DNA of 64,000 bases, taken from Methanomassiliicoccales archaeon. Lineage in GTDB: Archaea; Thermoplasmatota; Thermoplasmata; Methanomassiliicoccales; UBA472. The notes below the pieces were generated by a model. The model was not told the origin of the DNA and did no database searches. It saw nothing but the letters and a program-made list of their open reading frames with translations. Position numbers and translations under genes: made by a program. Location: contig JAPKYK010000004.1 in NCBI GenBank assembly GCA_026394395.1, forward strand, positions 44,542 to 108,541, read 5' to 3'. This document shows positions 40,173-49,316 of the stretch, piece after piece. Numbering within the stretch: position 1 is the first letter of the stretch; each line of letters starts with the position of its first letter.

Positions 40173-41819
40173 ATGCAAACCAATTCTATTTCAGAATCCA
40201 GCGGTAAGGCTGTCCTGCCCTCGGATGACGAGGAGGAACCGGTCGTAGAGGAAGAGGTCCTGGACGACGACGTCGAGGACGTCGGCACTCCGGACGAGGA
40301 GGTGGTGCACCGCGAACGGAAACCGTCGAAGCACACCCTCGAGGACCCGGTATACGGCCACCTGGAAGGCATGGGCATCATCTACGGCAACGTGCAGGCG
40401 ACCTCCTTCCACCTAAGGGTCTTAGGCGACCTGCAGAAGATGGACTACGTGCAGGTGGTGCACCAATCGCACGGCTGGGTGCTGGGTCAGGTCTCCGACA
40501 TGGAACGGAAGACCGACCTGACGCTGGAGAAAGCGAAGCAGATAAGCGATGGCATGGCCGTCGACATCGACGAGATCGTCATCGCCCAGATAACGATCCT
40601 AGGTTACCGGGACGAGCGCAAGTTGTTGCAAGTGCCCCGTTCACCGTTCAAGGCCGGGGACATGGTCTACCGGGCTAGGGACCAGCTGATCAGGGATGTC
40701 ATTGGCCTCAAGGAAGGGACGCCCACCGGGGCGTACATCGGCAAGTTGTTCGGCTACGACATCAACATCGAGGTGGACATCAACGCCATGGTGCAGAAGC
40801 ACGTGAGCATTCTCGCCAAAACGGGCGGCGGAAAGAGCTTCCTGTGCGGCGATCTGGTCGAAGAATTGATGAAGCACGACGTGACCGTGCTCATTCTCGA
40901 CCCGCACGGAGAGTACGGCGCCATGCGCGACGTCGGCTCGGTGATGCCGGGCAAGAAGGACTTCGGCGTAACGCCCCAGGGCTTCGCCGACAAGATAATG
41001 GAGTTCGCCACCGACATCACGATCAACAAGGGCGCCAAGCCTTTGAAGTTCACCCTGGCAAACATCGACGCCCGCGATCTGTTAGCGCTCACTTCCATCA
41101 AGAACGGGAAAGTCTATTTGAACGCGTTGCGGAAAGCGATAGACGGCCTGAAGGCGGTCAAGAAGGACTACGGACTGAAAGAGATAATAGCCATGCTGGA
41201 GTCCGACGAGGACGCCAACAACCAGACTCTCATCGCCGAACTGGCATACCTGAACGAGGTGAACATCTTCGCTCCGCAGGGCACCAAGATCGACGAGCTG
41301 ATATCCCAAGGGATGACCACCATCATCAATCTGAAGGGGACGCCGCCGGACATACAGGAGCTTATCGTCACCCGATTGTGCACGGCCTTGTTCGAGCTGC
41401 GCAAGCAGGGCAAGGTCCCGCCGATGATGATGATCGCCGAGGAGGCGCACAACTTCTGCCCCCAGCAGGGCGTGACCTCCTGTTCCAAGATATTCCGCAC
41501 CATAGCGGCGGAGGGCCGCAAGTTCGGTCTCGGGCTGACGATAATATCTCAAAGGGCGGCCAAGATCGATAAGAACGTGCTGTCCCAGTGCAACACCCAG
41601 ATGATACTCAAGGTCACCAACCCCAACGACCTGAAGGCCATCGTGGCCTCCGTGGAAGGGTTGCAGGCCGGAATGGACATGGAGATCCAACGGCTGCCTA
41701 TAGGCGTGGCCCTGGTCATGGGCGGCAACATCCAGATGCCGTTGTTCGTGGAGGTCCGTCCACGCCAGAGCCGGCACGGCGGGGAGAGCGTGGAGATCAT
41801 CCCCTCCAAGAGGCTGTGA
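40173..41819 (+). CDS. herA: HerA-like (DUF87) hexameric ATPase/helicase
   Basis: Acidic N-terminus, HAS-barrel-like region, Walker A AKTGGGKSF, Walker B MMMIAEEAHNF. ATG at 40173. Confidence 0.8.
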   Translation: MQTNSISESSGKAVLPSDDEEEPVVEEEVLDDDVEDVGTPDEEVVHRERKPSKHTLEDPVYGHLEGMGIIYGNVQATSFHLRVLGDLQKMDYVQVVHQSHGWVLGQVSDMERKTDLTLEKAKQISDGMAVDIDEIVIAQITILGYRDERKLLQVPRSPFKAGDMVYRARDQLIRDVIGLKEGTPTGAYIGKLFGYDINIEVDINAMVQKHVSILAKTGGGKSFLCGDLVEELMKHDVTVLILDPHGEYGAMRDVGSVMPGKKDFGVTPQGFADKIMEFATDITINKGAKPLKFTLANIDARDLLALTSIKNGKVYLNALRKAIDGLKAVKKDYGLKEIIAMLESDEDANNQTLIAELAYLNEVNIFAPQGTKIDELISQGMTTIINLKGTPPDIQELIVTRLCTALFELRKQGKVPPMMMIAEEAHNFCPQQGVTSCSKIFRTIAAEGRKFGLGLTIISQRAAKIDKNVLSQCNTQMILKVTNPNDLKAIVASVEGLQAGMDMEIQRLPIGVALVMGGNIQMPLFVEVRPRQSRHGGESVEIIPSKRL

Positions 41820-41820
41820 G

Positions 41821-42114
41821 ATGAGGGACACCATCTCCAAGGAGCATCTCGGCAAGTACCTGGCGATAACGAAGCGTGCCTTGGACAAGGTCAAGGTGGC
41901 CGCGCCGGAGCGCTCGTACAACCGGAAGCTGGCGGAATCGTTCCTCGAAATGGCGAGGACGTACTACGCGGACGCGGTGCACTTCGCCGAGCAGGGCGAT
42001 TACGTGAACGCGTTCGCTTCGGTGAACTACTCGCACGGATGGCTGGACTGCGGCGCCCGGATAGGATTATTTGACGTAGACCAGGACGACCAGCTGTTCA
42101 CCCTGTACGAGTGA
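41821..42114 (+). CDS. DUF357 family protein
   Basis: A.SFLEMA..YY.DA..F...GDYVNAFASVNYSHGWLD.G.R.GL pattern. 1 nt after the herA stop. Confidence 0.6.
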   Translation: MRDTISKEHLGKYLAITKRALDKVKVAAPERSYNRKLAESFLEMARTYYADAVHFAEQGDYVNAFASVNYSHGWLDCGARIGLFDVDQDDQLFTLYE

Positions 42115-42120
42115 TTTTTC

Positions 42121-42981
42121 TCAGAGGAGCTTCGGCCCCTTAAGGTCCACGGAGCAGCGGAACGTTTCCCCGTAAGCAGACAGAGCTTCGGCCAGAAGGT
42201 CCATGTCCGGCCCGGTGGCGAAGACGGAATTGCCGATCATGGCCTGGCTGGCCCAGCCCCACTTCTTCGCTTCCCAGACCGCGCGACGGACCTCGGGCGT
42301 AGCCAGACCGGAACCTTCCATGAACTCATTGGACAAGCGGAAGAAGTTCTCGAAGGTCGGTTCCTGGATGAGCCGGTCCACGCAGCCCGCGCCCACGGCG
42401 TTGAGCTGCTCGCGGACGCTCGGCTTGCTCAGCATATCAGCGGTCGGTATGGACGGGCCGACCACGGTCAATATCAGGTCCATTCGGCCGCTCATCCGCT
42501 TGACGTCACCGATAGGCGGCAGCCCCGGCTTGCGACGGATCTCCACCCCGGCGCGCATTATGCCAGAAACGTCTCCCATGCCCGTGCGGTTGGCTATCTC
42601 CGCGGCGTGCGCCGCGGCGTAGGCCTCATTCTCCGATAGTCCTAACAGATGTACCAAGGCCCAGGCGGCCGAGAGCGAACCGGCGGCGCTGGTGCCAAAG
42701 CCCTGCGCCAACGGCAACTGCAGTTCGTTGCGCACCTGCACGTCGAGCTGCCGGTCCTTTAAAAGCGAGCGCACCGCGTGCGCTGTGACCGGCGCGTCGA
42801 CCTTCAGACCGTTGAGCCAGGTGTCTATCTTCCCCGTGCCCTCGGTCACCTCCACATCGCTGATGACGCCTAAGGACAAGCTCAGTCCAGCTCCGCGGGA
42901 GCCGCAGGCCATGACATCCTCGTGCTGGCACACCTGGAACAAACCGGTGACATGTCCGGGGCAGAACGCTTTCGCCTTCAT
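42121..42981 (-). CDS. pantoate kinase (archaeal CoA pathway, GHMP kinase family)
   Basis: AFCPGHVTGLFQ...GSRGAGLSL N-terminus, GHMP motif GFGTSAAGS. Overlaps coaBC. Confidence 0.7.
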   Translation of the reverse strand: MKAKAFCPGHVTGLFQVCQHEDVMACGSRGAGLSLSLGVISDVEVTEGTGKIDTWLNGLKVDAPVTAHAVRSLLKDRQLDVQVRNELQLPLAQGFGTSAAGSLSAAWALVHLLGLSENEAYAAAHAAEIANRTGMGDVSGIMRAGVEIRRKPGLPPIGDVKRMSGRMDLILTVVGPSIPTADMLSKPSVREQLNAVGAGCVDRLIQEPTFENFFRLSNEFMEGSGLATPEVRRAVWEAKKWGWASQAMIGNSVFATGPDMDLLAEALSAYGETFRCSVDLKGPKLL

Positions 42982-44168
42982 AATTTGGAGATCTCCTCGA
43001 TTATCTTTTGCGCCACGAGCGACTTGCTGCCTTCCATCACGACCTGCCCCTTTGGTTTTACGAACACGACCATGGTGCTTCCGGTCTTGACGTCCTTCAG
43101 GTCGTTGGCGACCACGGCCTTCAGTCCGTTCCTCTTCAAGGAGGCACGGGCCTCGGCCACCAGCTCCTCTATCATCACTTCAGACTCGGCCTTGAATCCT
43201 ATGACCTTGTCGCATTTCTTCCGGATGAGCGGGAGCATCTTGGGCACGCTCTTCAGCTGCAGCGTGGTGACCTTGGCCTCCGAGGGCAGCTTTCCCCCCT
43301 TGTGGTCCAATGTGAAATCTGAGAGAGCTGCGGGCACCAGCACCAGGTCATGCTTGACGTCCCTGATCATTCCCTCCAGGTCCGCCACGGCCTCGAAGCG
43401 CCTATTGTTTATGAACGACGGTAACGGAACGCTGCAGCGGCCCATCCATAGCTCGACGTCAGCTCCCTGATGATAAGCTGCCAGAGCCAGTTCCACGGCC
43501 GTCTCGCCCGTCCCGCGGTTGGTGATGATGCGCATGTCGTCCATATGCTCGGCGGAGGAGCCACCGACAATGAGGACCTTCTTCCCTTTCAGCGTCCCTG
43601 CGGCCAGCTGGCGTATGGTGGCGTGCACTATCTCGTCCAACGTGGCGATCTTGGCCTTCTTCCCTTCCAGGCGCGGGCCGACGAAGATAACGCCGGCTCT
43701 CTTCAGCTTCTCCATGTTCTCGGCCACCATGGGGTTGTGGAACATGGCTCCGTGCATGGCCGGGGCGATAAGAATGGGAACGCCCGAGCCCAGAGCGACC
43801 GTGGCCATCGTCGTCACCGTGGTGTCGTCGATGCCGCAGGCGATCTTGGAGATGGTGTTGGCGGTGCTGGGAGCGATCAACAGGAGGTCGGCCCGACTGA
43901 GAGTATCCCCCATAAGTGTAACGTGCTGCACCCAGCCATCCAGTTCCGTTATCGCCTCCTCTCCGGTGGCGAAGGTCATGGCGCAGGGCGTGACCAGCTT
44001 CTGTGCCTCTTGCGTCAGGACAGGTATCACTCGGGCGCCGTGCCGCATGAGCTCTCTAGAAAGTTCGAAGCACTCCACGGCGGCGATGGAGCCGGTGATG
44101 CCCAGGACTATGGTCCTTCCTTTCAGCAACGAGGACCCGGTGCCCCTGATCGCTTCGGAGGGATGCAT
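42978..44168 (-). CDS. coaBC: bifunctional phosphopantothenoylcysteine decarboxylase / phosphopantothenate-cysteine ligase
   Basis: Flavoprotein N-domain (GITGSIAA, PAMH) plus DFP C-domain (ITNRGTGETA). Confidence 0.9.
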   Translation of the reverse strand: MHPSEAIRGTGSSLLKGRTIVLGITGSIAAVECFELSRELMRHGARVIPVLTQEAQKLVTPCAMTFATGEEAITELDGWVQHVTLMGDTLSRADLLLIAPSTANTISKIACGIDDTTVTTMATVALGSGVPILIAPAMHGAMFHNPMVAENMEKLKRAGVIFVGPRLEGKKAKIATLDEIVHATIRQLAAGTLKGKKVLIVGGSSAEHMDDMRIITNRGTGETAVELALAAYHQGADVELWMGRCSVPLPSFINNRRFEAVADLEGMIRDVKHDLVLVPAALSDFTLDHKGGKLPSEAKVTTLQLKSVPKMLPLIRKKCDKVIGFKAESEVMIEELVAEARASLKRNGLKAVVANDLKDVKTGSTMVVFVKPKGQVVMEGSKSLVAQKIIEEISKL

Positions 44169-44192
44169 GCGTCTAAATTCGGAGGACTCGAT

Positions 44193-44804
44193 TTAAACGT
44201 ATGCCTGAACCGCCTTCTTGATCTCCTTGAAGACCTCGGCGATGGTCCCGCTGGAATCGATGACCGTCCAACCAGCCTCTTCCGCGAGCACGAGGTAGTT
44301 CTCCTGCACCTTCTTCAGGTACTCGCCGCGCTCGAACTTGCTCAGCTCGCCGCGATTGCCCACGCGCTTCATGGCCTTCTCCGGATCGACCGTCAGAAGA
44401 ATGGTGACGTCCGGGTGACGGACGACAGGCCCGTTGAGGTTGAGCAGCCAAGCGAGAGCGTTGTCGCCCATCTCCGCCTCGAGGGCCGCCCCCTGGTACG
44501 CTACGGTCGAACCGTAATAGCGGTCGCAGACGACCGTCTTCCCTTCCTTCAGCCACTCGCTTATCTTGATCGTATGCTGGCAGCGGTCGGCGGTGAAGAG
44601 CAACGATTCAGTGCGCGGGTCCAAGTTCTCCTCGTTAGCGCGGCGCACCGCCATCCCCAGCCAGTCCGTGGTCGGTTCGGCGGTGAGGACGACGTTGCGT
44701 CCATCCGCTTCCAACCAGGTCTTGAGCTTCTTGCTCAACGTACTTTTGCCCGTGCCGTCGATGCCCTCCAGTACGATGAACGCGCCCATCACTCCCACGC
44801 TCAT
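44193..44804 (-). CDS. tmk: thymidylate kinase
   Basis: FIVLEGIDGTGKST P-loop and DRY motif. Confidence 0.9.
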   Translation of the reverse strand: MSVGVMGAFIVLEGIDGTGKSTLSKKLKTWLEADGRNVVLTAEPTTDWLGMAVRRANEENLDPRTESLLFTADRCQHTIKISEWLKEGKTVVCDRYYGSTVAYQGAALEAEMGDNALAWLLNLNGPVVRHPDVTILLTVDPEKAMKRVGNRGELSKFERGEYLKKVQENYLVLAEEAGWTVIDSSGTIAEVFKEIKKAVQAYV

Positions 44805-46258
44805 GCCTTGCCCCCCTTGCGCTGGTAGATCCTCCAGCTGAGTATGAGCTCCTTGGCCGCGTACACCTCGTCCACGCGGGAGATAGACGTGTTGCGCGGA
44901 GATGCTTTCGCATCCGCGGGGTCGCCGGTGGCTATATCGATCAATGCTTGAGCGTAACGGTCCAACGTTTCCTTGCTCTCCGTCTCCGTGGGCTCGATCA
45001 TGAGCGCTTCCTCCACCAGGGAGGGGAAGTAGATGGTGGGGGTCATGAAGCCCCGGTCCAGCAACGCCTTGGCGACGTCGGTCGCGTGCACCCCCTTCTC
45101 CTTCGCCAATGTCTTCGCGGAGATCACGAACTCGTGCTTCCTCAGCTGGGCGAAAGGCATCTCGTACGTTCCAACGACCTTGCTCTTGAGGTAGTTGGAG
45201 TTGAGCACCGCCTTCTGCGAGACCTCTTTCAACCCATCGCCTCCGTTCACCATGATGTAGGCGTAGGCCCGGACGAGCACGGCGAAGTTGCCGTAGAGCG
45301 AGCGCACCTTGCCGATGCTATCTGACTTTTCGTAATCGAGGCGATACTTGCCGTCCTCGCTCTTTATGCGGGGAATGGGCAGGTAGGGCTCCAGGAAAGC
45401 CTTGACGCCGACAGGTCCGGCTCCCGGTCCGCCACCGCCATGGGGCGTGGCGAAGGTCTTGTGCAGGTTGAAATGCACGATGTCGAAGTTCATGATCCCC
45501 GGTGAGGTCATACCCATGATGGCGTTGAGATTGGCGCCGTCGTAATAGAGCAGCGCCCCGGCGCCGTGCACCAGTTCCGCCAATTTCGTTATATCCTTCT
45601 CGAAGAGACCGAGAGTGTTAGGGTTGGTGACCATGACCGCTGCGGTGCGTTCGGAAAGCGCCGCCTTCAGCGCCTCCAGATCGACGCACCCATCCGGTCC
45701 GGACGGGATCTCGATGACGGTGAAGCCGGCCATGGCCGCGCTGGCCGGGTTGGTCCCGTGGGCGGAGTCGGGGATGATGACCTCCGTACGCTGCTGATCG
45801 TTGGCGGTGTGGTACGCTTTCGCCAGAAGCATCCCGGTGAACTCGCCGTGGGCCCCGGCCGCTGGCTGCAAGGTGACAGCGTCCATGCCGGATATGGCGC
45901 ACAGGGCCTTCTCCAGCTCCCGTAGGAGCTGCAAAGCGCCCTGGATGGAATCTTCGTCCTGGCACGGATGAACGGACGTCACGGTCGACAACGAGCTCAG
46001 CTTGTCGGCGTACTTGGGGTTATACTTCATGGTGCACGAGCCCAGCGGATACATCCCGTTGTCCACGCCGTAGTTCATCTGGGAGAGGTTGACGTAGTGA
46101 CGCACCACCTCCCTCTCCGGGAGGTCCGGCAGGCACAAGGACTCGCGGGCCATGCCCTCGGGGATCTTCACCTCCTCCTCGCTGGTCAGGCAGAAGTCGT
46201 TCTCTCCCTTCAGCTCGAAGATGAGCGGCTCGTCGTAGCGCGCCTGACGGTAGCTCAT
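44801..46258 (-). CDS. gcvPB: glycine dehydrogenase (decarboxylating) subunit 2
   Basis: FNLHKTF PLP-lysine motif. 485 aa. Overlaps gcvPA and tmk. Confidence 0.95.
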   Translation of the reverse strand: MSYRQARYDEPLIFELKGENDFCLTSEEEVKIPEGMARESLCLPDLPEREVVRHYVNLSQMNYGVDNGMYPLGSCTMKYNPKYADKLSSLSTVTSVHPCQDEDSIQGALQLLRELEKALCAISGMDAVTLQPAAGAHGEFTGMLLAKAYHTANDQQRTEVIIPDSAHGTNPASAAMAGFTVIEIPSGPDGCVDLEALKAALSERTAAVMVTNPNTLGLFEKDITKLAELVHGAGALLYYDGANLNAIMGMTSPGIMNFDIVHFNLHKTFATPHGGGGPGAGPVGVKAFLEPYLPIPRIKSEDGKYRLDYEKSDSIGKVRSLYGNFAVLVRAYAYIMVNGGDGLKEVSQKAVLNSNYLKSKVVGTYEMPFAQLRKHEFVISAKTLAKEKGVHATDVAKALLDRGFMTPTIYFPSLVEEALMIEPTETESKETLDRYAQALIDIATGDPADAKASPRNTSISRVDEVYAAKELILSWRIYQRKGGKA

Positions 46259-47580
46259 TGCGCAGCCTCCTTCAGGGCGACGATGAGGCGGTCCACGTCC
46301 GCCTCGCTGGTCATTTCCGTGGCGGTAAGCAGCATGTGCTCCGAAAGGCGCGGAACGTGCCTCTGCATGGGCATGCCGCCGATTATGCCGTGGCGCAGCA
46401 GCATCTTGTTCAGCTTCTCCGGGCGCACCGGCGTCTCCACCACGAACTCGTTGAAGTGCGCACCGTCGAACACCGGCGCCTCGTAACCGTCCAGCTCGTT
46501 GACGCGTTCCATGAGCGTCTTGGCATTCCTCATGTTGATGCGGGCGATGGAACGCAATCCTTTCGAACCGACCATGCCCAGGTAGGCGCTCACGGTCACG
46601 GCCATCAGCGCCTCGTTGGAGCAGATGTTGGACGTCGCTTTGCTGCGGCGGATGTGCTGCTCACGGGTCTGCAGCGTCATGCAGAAAGCCCGGCGCCCTT
46701 CCTGGTCTCTTGTCAATCCAATCAATCGTCCGGGCATCTTGCGCACGTGCTCCAGCTTGCAGGCGAAGAGGCCGATAAGCGGTCCGCCGACGTTCATCGG
46801 TAAGCCCAAGGGCTGCCCCTCGCCGATGACGATGTCCGCGCCGTACTCGCCGGGCGGCTTAACAAGCGCTAACGAAAGCGGGTTCACACCTACGACCAGC
46901 GGGACGTCGGGGAACTCCTTCTTGAGCTTGGGAGCTTGAGAATCGATGATCCCGAAAAGGTCGGGCACCTCGGCGTACAGCCCGCAGACGTCGGGTGTCA
47001 TCTTCTGCTTGATATCGTCTATATCCAGTTCGCCAGTGAATGCGTCATAGCAGTACTCCACGATCTCCAGGTCGGCGCCGGCGACGTAGTTCTTCAGAAC
47101 CGATTTCTTGTCCCAAGACATGGCCTCCGGCACCAGGAACGTTTTCTTCGGGGAAATGCGGTGGCACATGGTGGCCGCCTCGCCGAGCGCGGTGGCCCAA
47201 TCGTAATTGGAGGAGTTGACGACGTCCATGGCGGTCAGTTCAGAGATGAAGCTCTGGTACTCGAACAGGGATTGCAGCATGCCCTGGCTGATCTCCGCTT
47301 GATAGGGCGTGTAGGAGGTGAGGAACTCCGAGCGGGAAGTGATGGTGCTGACGGCCGCGGGGATGAAGTGATGATAGATGCCACCGCCCAGGAAGCAGGG
47401 CGCCTGCTCCGCGGTGAGGTTCTGAGAGAGCATTTTCTGGATGATGCGCACGACCTCCATCTCTCCCTTGCCTGACGGCAACGGGATCCCGTCGATGCGC
47501 ACTTCGTTCGGTATGTCCGAGAACAGCTCGTCCACGCTCTCGATCCCCAGTTCATCCAGCATCCTGCGGTCCAAGGCCAT
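46255..47580 (-). CDS. gcvPA: glycine dehydrogenase (decarboxylating) subunit 1
   Basis: FLGGGIYHH and SYTPYQAEISQG motifs. Confidence 0.95.
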   Translation of the reverse strand: MALDRRMLDELGIESVDELFSDIPNEVRIDGIPLPSGKGEMEVVRIIQKMLSQNLTAEQAPCFLGGGIYHHFIPAAVSTITSRSEFLTSYTPYQAEISQGMLQSLFEYQSFISELTAMDVVNSSNYDWATALGEAATMCHRISPKKTFLVPEAMSWDKKSVLKNYVAGADLEIVEYCYDAFTGELDIDDIKQKMTPDVCGLYAEVPDLFGIIDSQAPKLKKEFPDVPLVVGVNPLSLALVKPPGEYGADIVIGEGQPLGLPMNVGGPLIGLFACKLEHVRKMPGRLIGLTRDQEGRRAFCMTLQTREQHIRRSKATSNICSNEALMAVTVSAYLGMVGSKGLRSIARINMRNAKTLMERVNELDGYEAPVFDGAHFNEFVVETPVRPEKLNKMLLRHGIIGGMPMQRHVPRLSEHMLLTATEMTSEADVDRLIVALKEAAQ

Positions 47581-47666
47581 GATAACATGTCCTCTTACGC
47601 CGATATCCCGATAAATAGTTTATCTGGCTGGGACGCTGGCATGCAGAACCTTGTCATGACAGGGGT

Positions 47667-48083
47667 TCAGCCGCCCCGGTCCTGAACCTCTTGCACCAGG
47701 CGGGAGTAGAACGAGGCCAGGGACTGGACGTCCTTGATGTCCTTCCGGGCGACGGTGACTATTCTTTGCCTTAATACGTCGTCGTAGGGAACGGAGTTGG
47801 CCTTCAGGGCGTTCTTGAGCAGGCGGCACAGTTGTCCTCCTTTCCGGTCCCAGTCGGTCATTATGATCGCCTTCTTGTTCTCTCTAGCCAGTCGTTCGGC
47901 TACGGGAAACAAACCGTTGCTGCTCTGCACTTGAACGATCTCGCCGCGCACACCCAGGATGATTAGCGAGCCGCGGTCCTTCATGCCCTCTACCAAAATG
48001 ACGACGTCCTCGTCGCGGGCTATCAGCTCGTCCACGACGGACTGCAACTTATCCAGCCTTTCCTTGGCGGAGAAAGTTGTCAT
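47667..48083 (-). CDS. Toprim-domain protein (small primase-like / RNase M5-like)
   Basis: VVILVEGMKD (catalytic Glu) and IIMTDWDRKG (DxD) Toprim motifs. Confidence 0.6.
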   Translation of the reverse strand: MTTFSAKERLDKLQSVVDELIARDEDVVILVEGMKDRGSLIILGVRGEIVQVQSSNGLFPVAERLARENKKAIIMTDWDRKGGQLCRLLKNALKANSVPYDDVLRQRIVTVARKDIKDVQSLASFYSRLVQEVQDRGG

Positions 48084-48376
48084 TTGACCCCTCCCAAAAC
48101 GGAACGCACTTTATCTGGGGATAATGGAATGGAAACGACCTTCATGCGCTGCAGGTGGCCGCGCACGACGGTGACCTTGACGCTAAGAATAGAAGAGAGA
48201 AGCTCCTCCACCTCCTCGTTCGCTTTACCGCCTTCCGGCGGCGTTCCGACCTTGACCACCAAACGGTGACGCCAAGGGTCGACGCTCTGCACTCCCGGGC
48301 TGCTGCTGTTTGGAGTAACGATAATGTCCAGCTCCGAGCCTTCGGCCGAGGGGCGCAGGCATTGGGATAGGTCCAC
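48080..48376 (-). CDS. DUF167 (YggU/UPF0235) family protein
   Basis: L.I.VTPNSS......LVVKVGTPPEGGKANEE...LLS..L.V.V.VVRGH..R.K pattern. Confidence 0.7.
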   Translation of the reverse strand: MDLSQCLRPSAEGSELDIIVTPNSSSPGVQSVDPWRHRLVVKVGTPPEGGKANEEVEELLSSILSVKVTVVRGHLQRMKVVSIPLSPDKVRSVLGGVK

Positions 48377-48483
48377 GGAACGGAAATGACGAGGGGATTA
48401 CTTAACCGTTGAGAGGCGCGCCAGGATGCCAGTTTTTGAGCGCCAAGGTCAGTTTCTTATATCAACAACCGAATCCGTGTGCG

Positions 48484-49176
48484 ATGGCACAGCCTCTCGA
48501 GAAGATCAACTACAAGGAGGTCATGGAGGTCCACCGCAAGGAGCAGAAGACCGAGGATCTCATGGAGGTCAGGCGTGATCTCTACCCGGCGTACCGGGAG
48601 TTCCTGGAGGGGCTCAAGAAGGCCAGTGAAGAGGAGATAAAGAACGATCCGTACTCCTTTAAAGCCGGTACTTTGGCCAACGAGGTCAAAAAGGTCTCCA
48701 CCAAGGGGCAGCAGATATTCTTCCTGCGCATGCGCAAGGTGGCCACCATGGCCACGCGAGCGTCGTCCGGGGCCAAGATCGACCTGGGGCGACTGACAGA
48801 CGAGGAACGGGAGCTGTACGACCAGGTGCTGCGCTCTATTAACGAATGCAGAGAGCTGGCCATGGAGGGGAAGATGCCGGAAGCGCGTCCGAGCGCTCAG
48901 GTCGGTTCCGTCTGCGGGGCGGTGGACCAGGGGCAGCTGAGGCAAGCGCTGAACCTGGTGAACGGGAAGGACGCCAAAGATGACGCTGATGCGTCGAAGA
49001 CGTTTGATAGGGTGTTGGTCCGGGTGCTGGAGGATTTGCCGGAGATTGCCGGGATAGATCGTCCTTATCGTCTGAACAAGAACGACGTGGTCAATCTGCC
49101 AGTGCCGATCGGCTGCGCGCTCATCAAGAGGGGGAAGGCGCAGGAGATCGTGCCCTTCTGGCGGAAGGCCGAGTGA
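48484..49176 (+). CDS. GINS complex subunit (Gins51/Gins15-like)
   Basis: Helical A-domain (HRKEQK...DLYP.YREFLE..., IFFLRMRKV, LTDEERELYD) and B-domain VLVRVLEDLPEIAGIDR.Y.L.KNDVV.LP...GCALIKRGKAQEI. ATG at 48484. Confidence 0.6.
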   Translation: MAQPLEKINYKEVMEVHRKEQKTEDLMEVRRDLYPAYREFLEGLKKASEEEIKNDPYSFKAGTLANEVKKVSTKGQQIFFLRMRKVATMATRASSGAKIDLGRLTDEERELYDQVLRSINECRELAMEGKMPEARPSAQVGSVCGAVDQGQLRQALNLVNGKDAKDDADASKTFDRVLVRVLEDLPEIAGIDRPYRLNKNDVVNLPVPIGCALIKRGKAQEIVPFWRKAE

Positions 49177-49226
49177 CGGTCGAGTCCGCAATGTTTATTT
49201 ATGGAAATATGATTCCGTGGCTTACC

Positions 49227-49300
49227 GGGCCCGTAGCTCAGCTAGGTAGAGCAATCGGCTCTTAACCGATGGGCCGAGGGTTCGAATCCCTCCGGGCCCG
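49227..49300 (+). tRNA. tRNA-Lys (anticodon CUU)
   Basis: Hand-folded cloverleaf. Acceptor GGGCCCG/CGGGCCC, D-arm GCTC/GAGC, anticodon arm ATCGG-CTCTTAA-CCGAT, T-arm GAGGG-TTCGAAT-CCCTC, discriminator G. CCA not encoded. Confidence 0.9.
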
Positions 49301-49316
49301 CACCCATTCTTAAATT

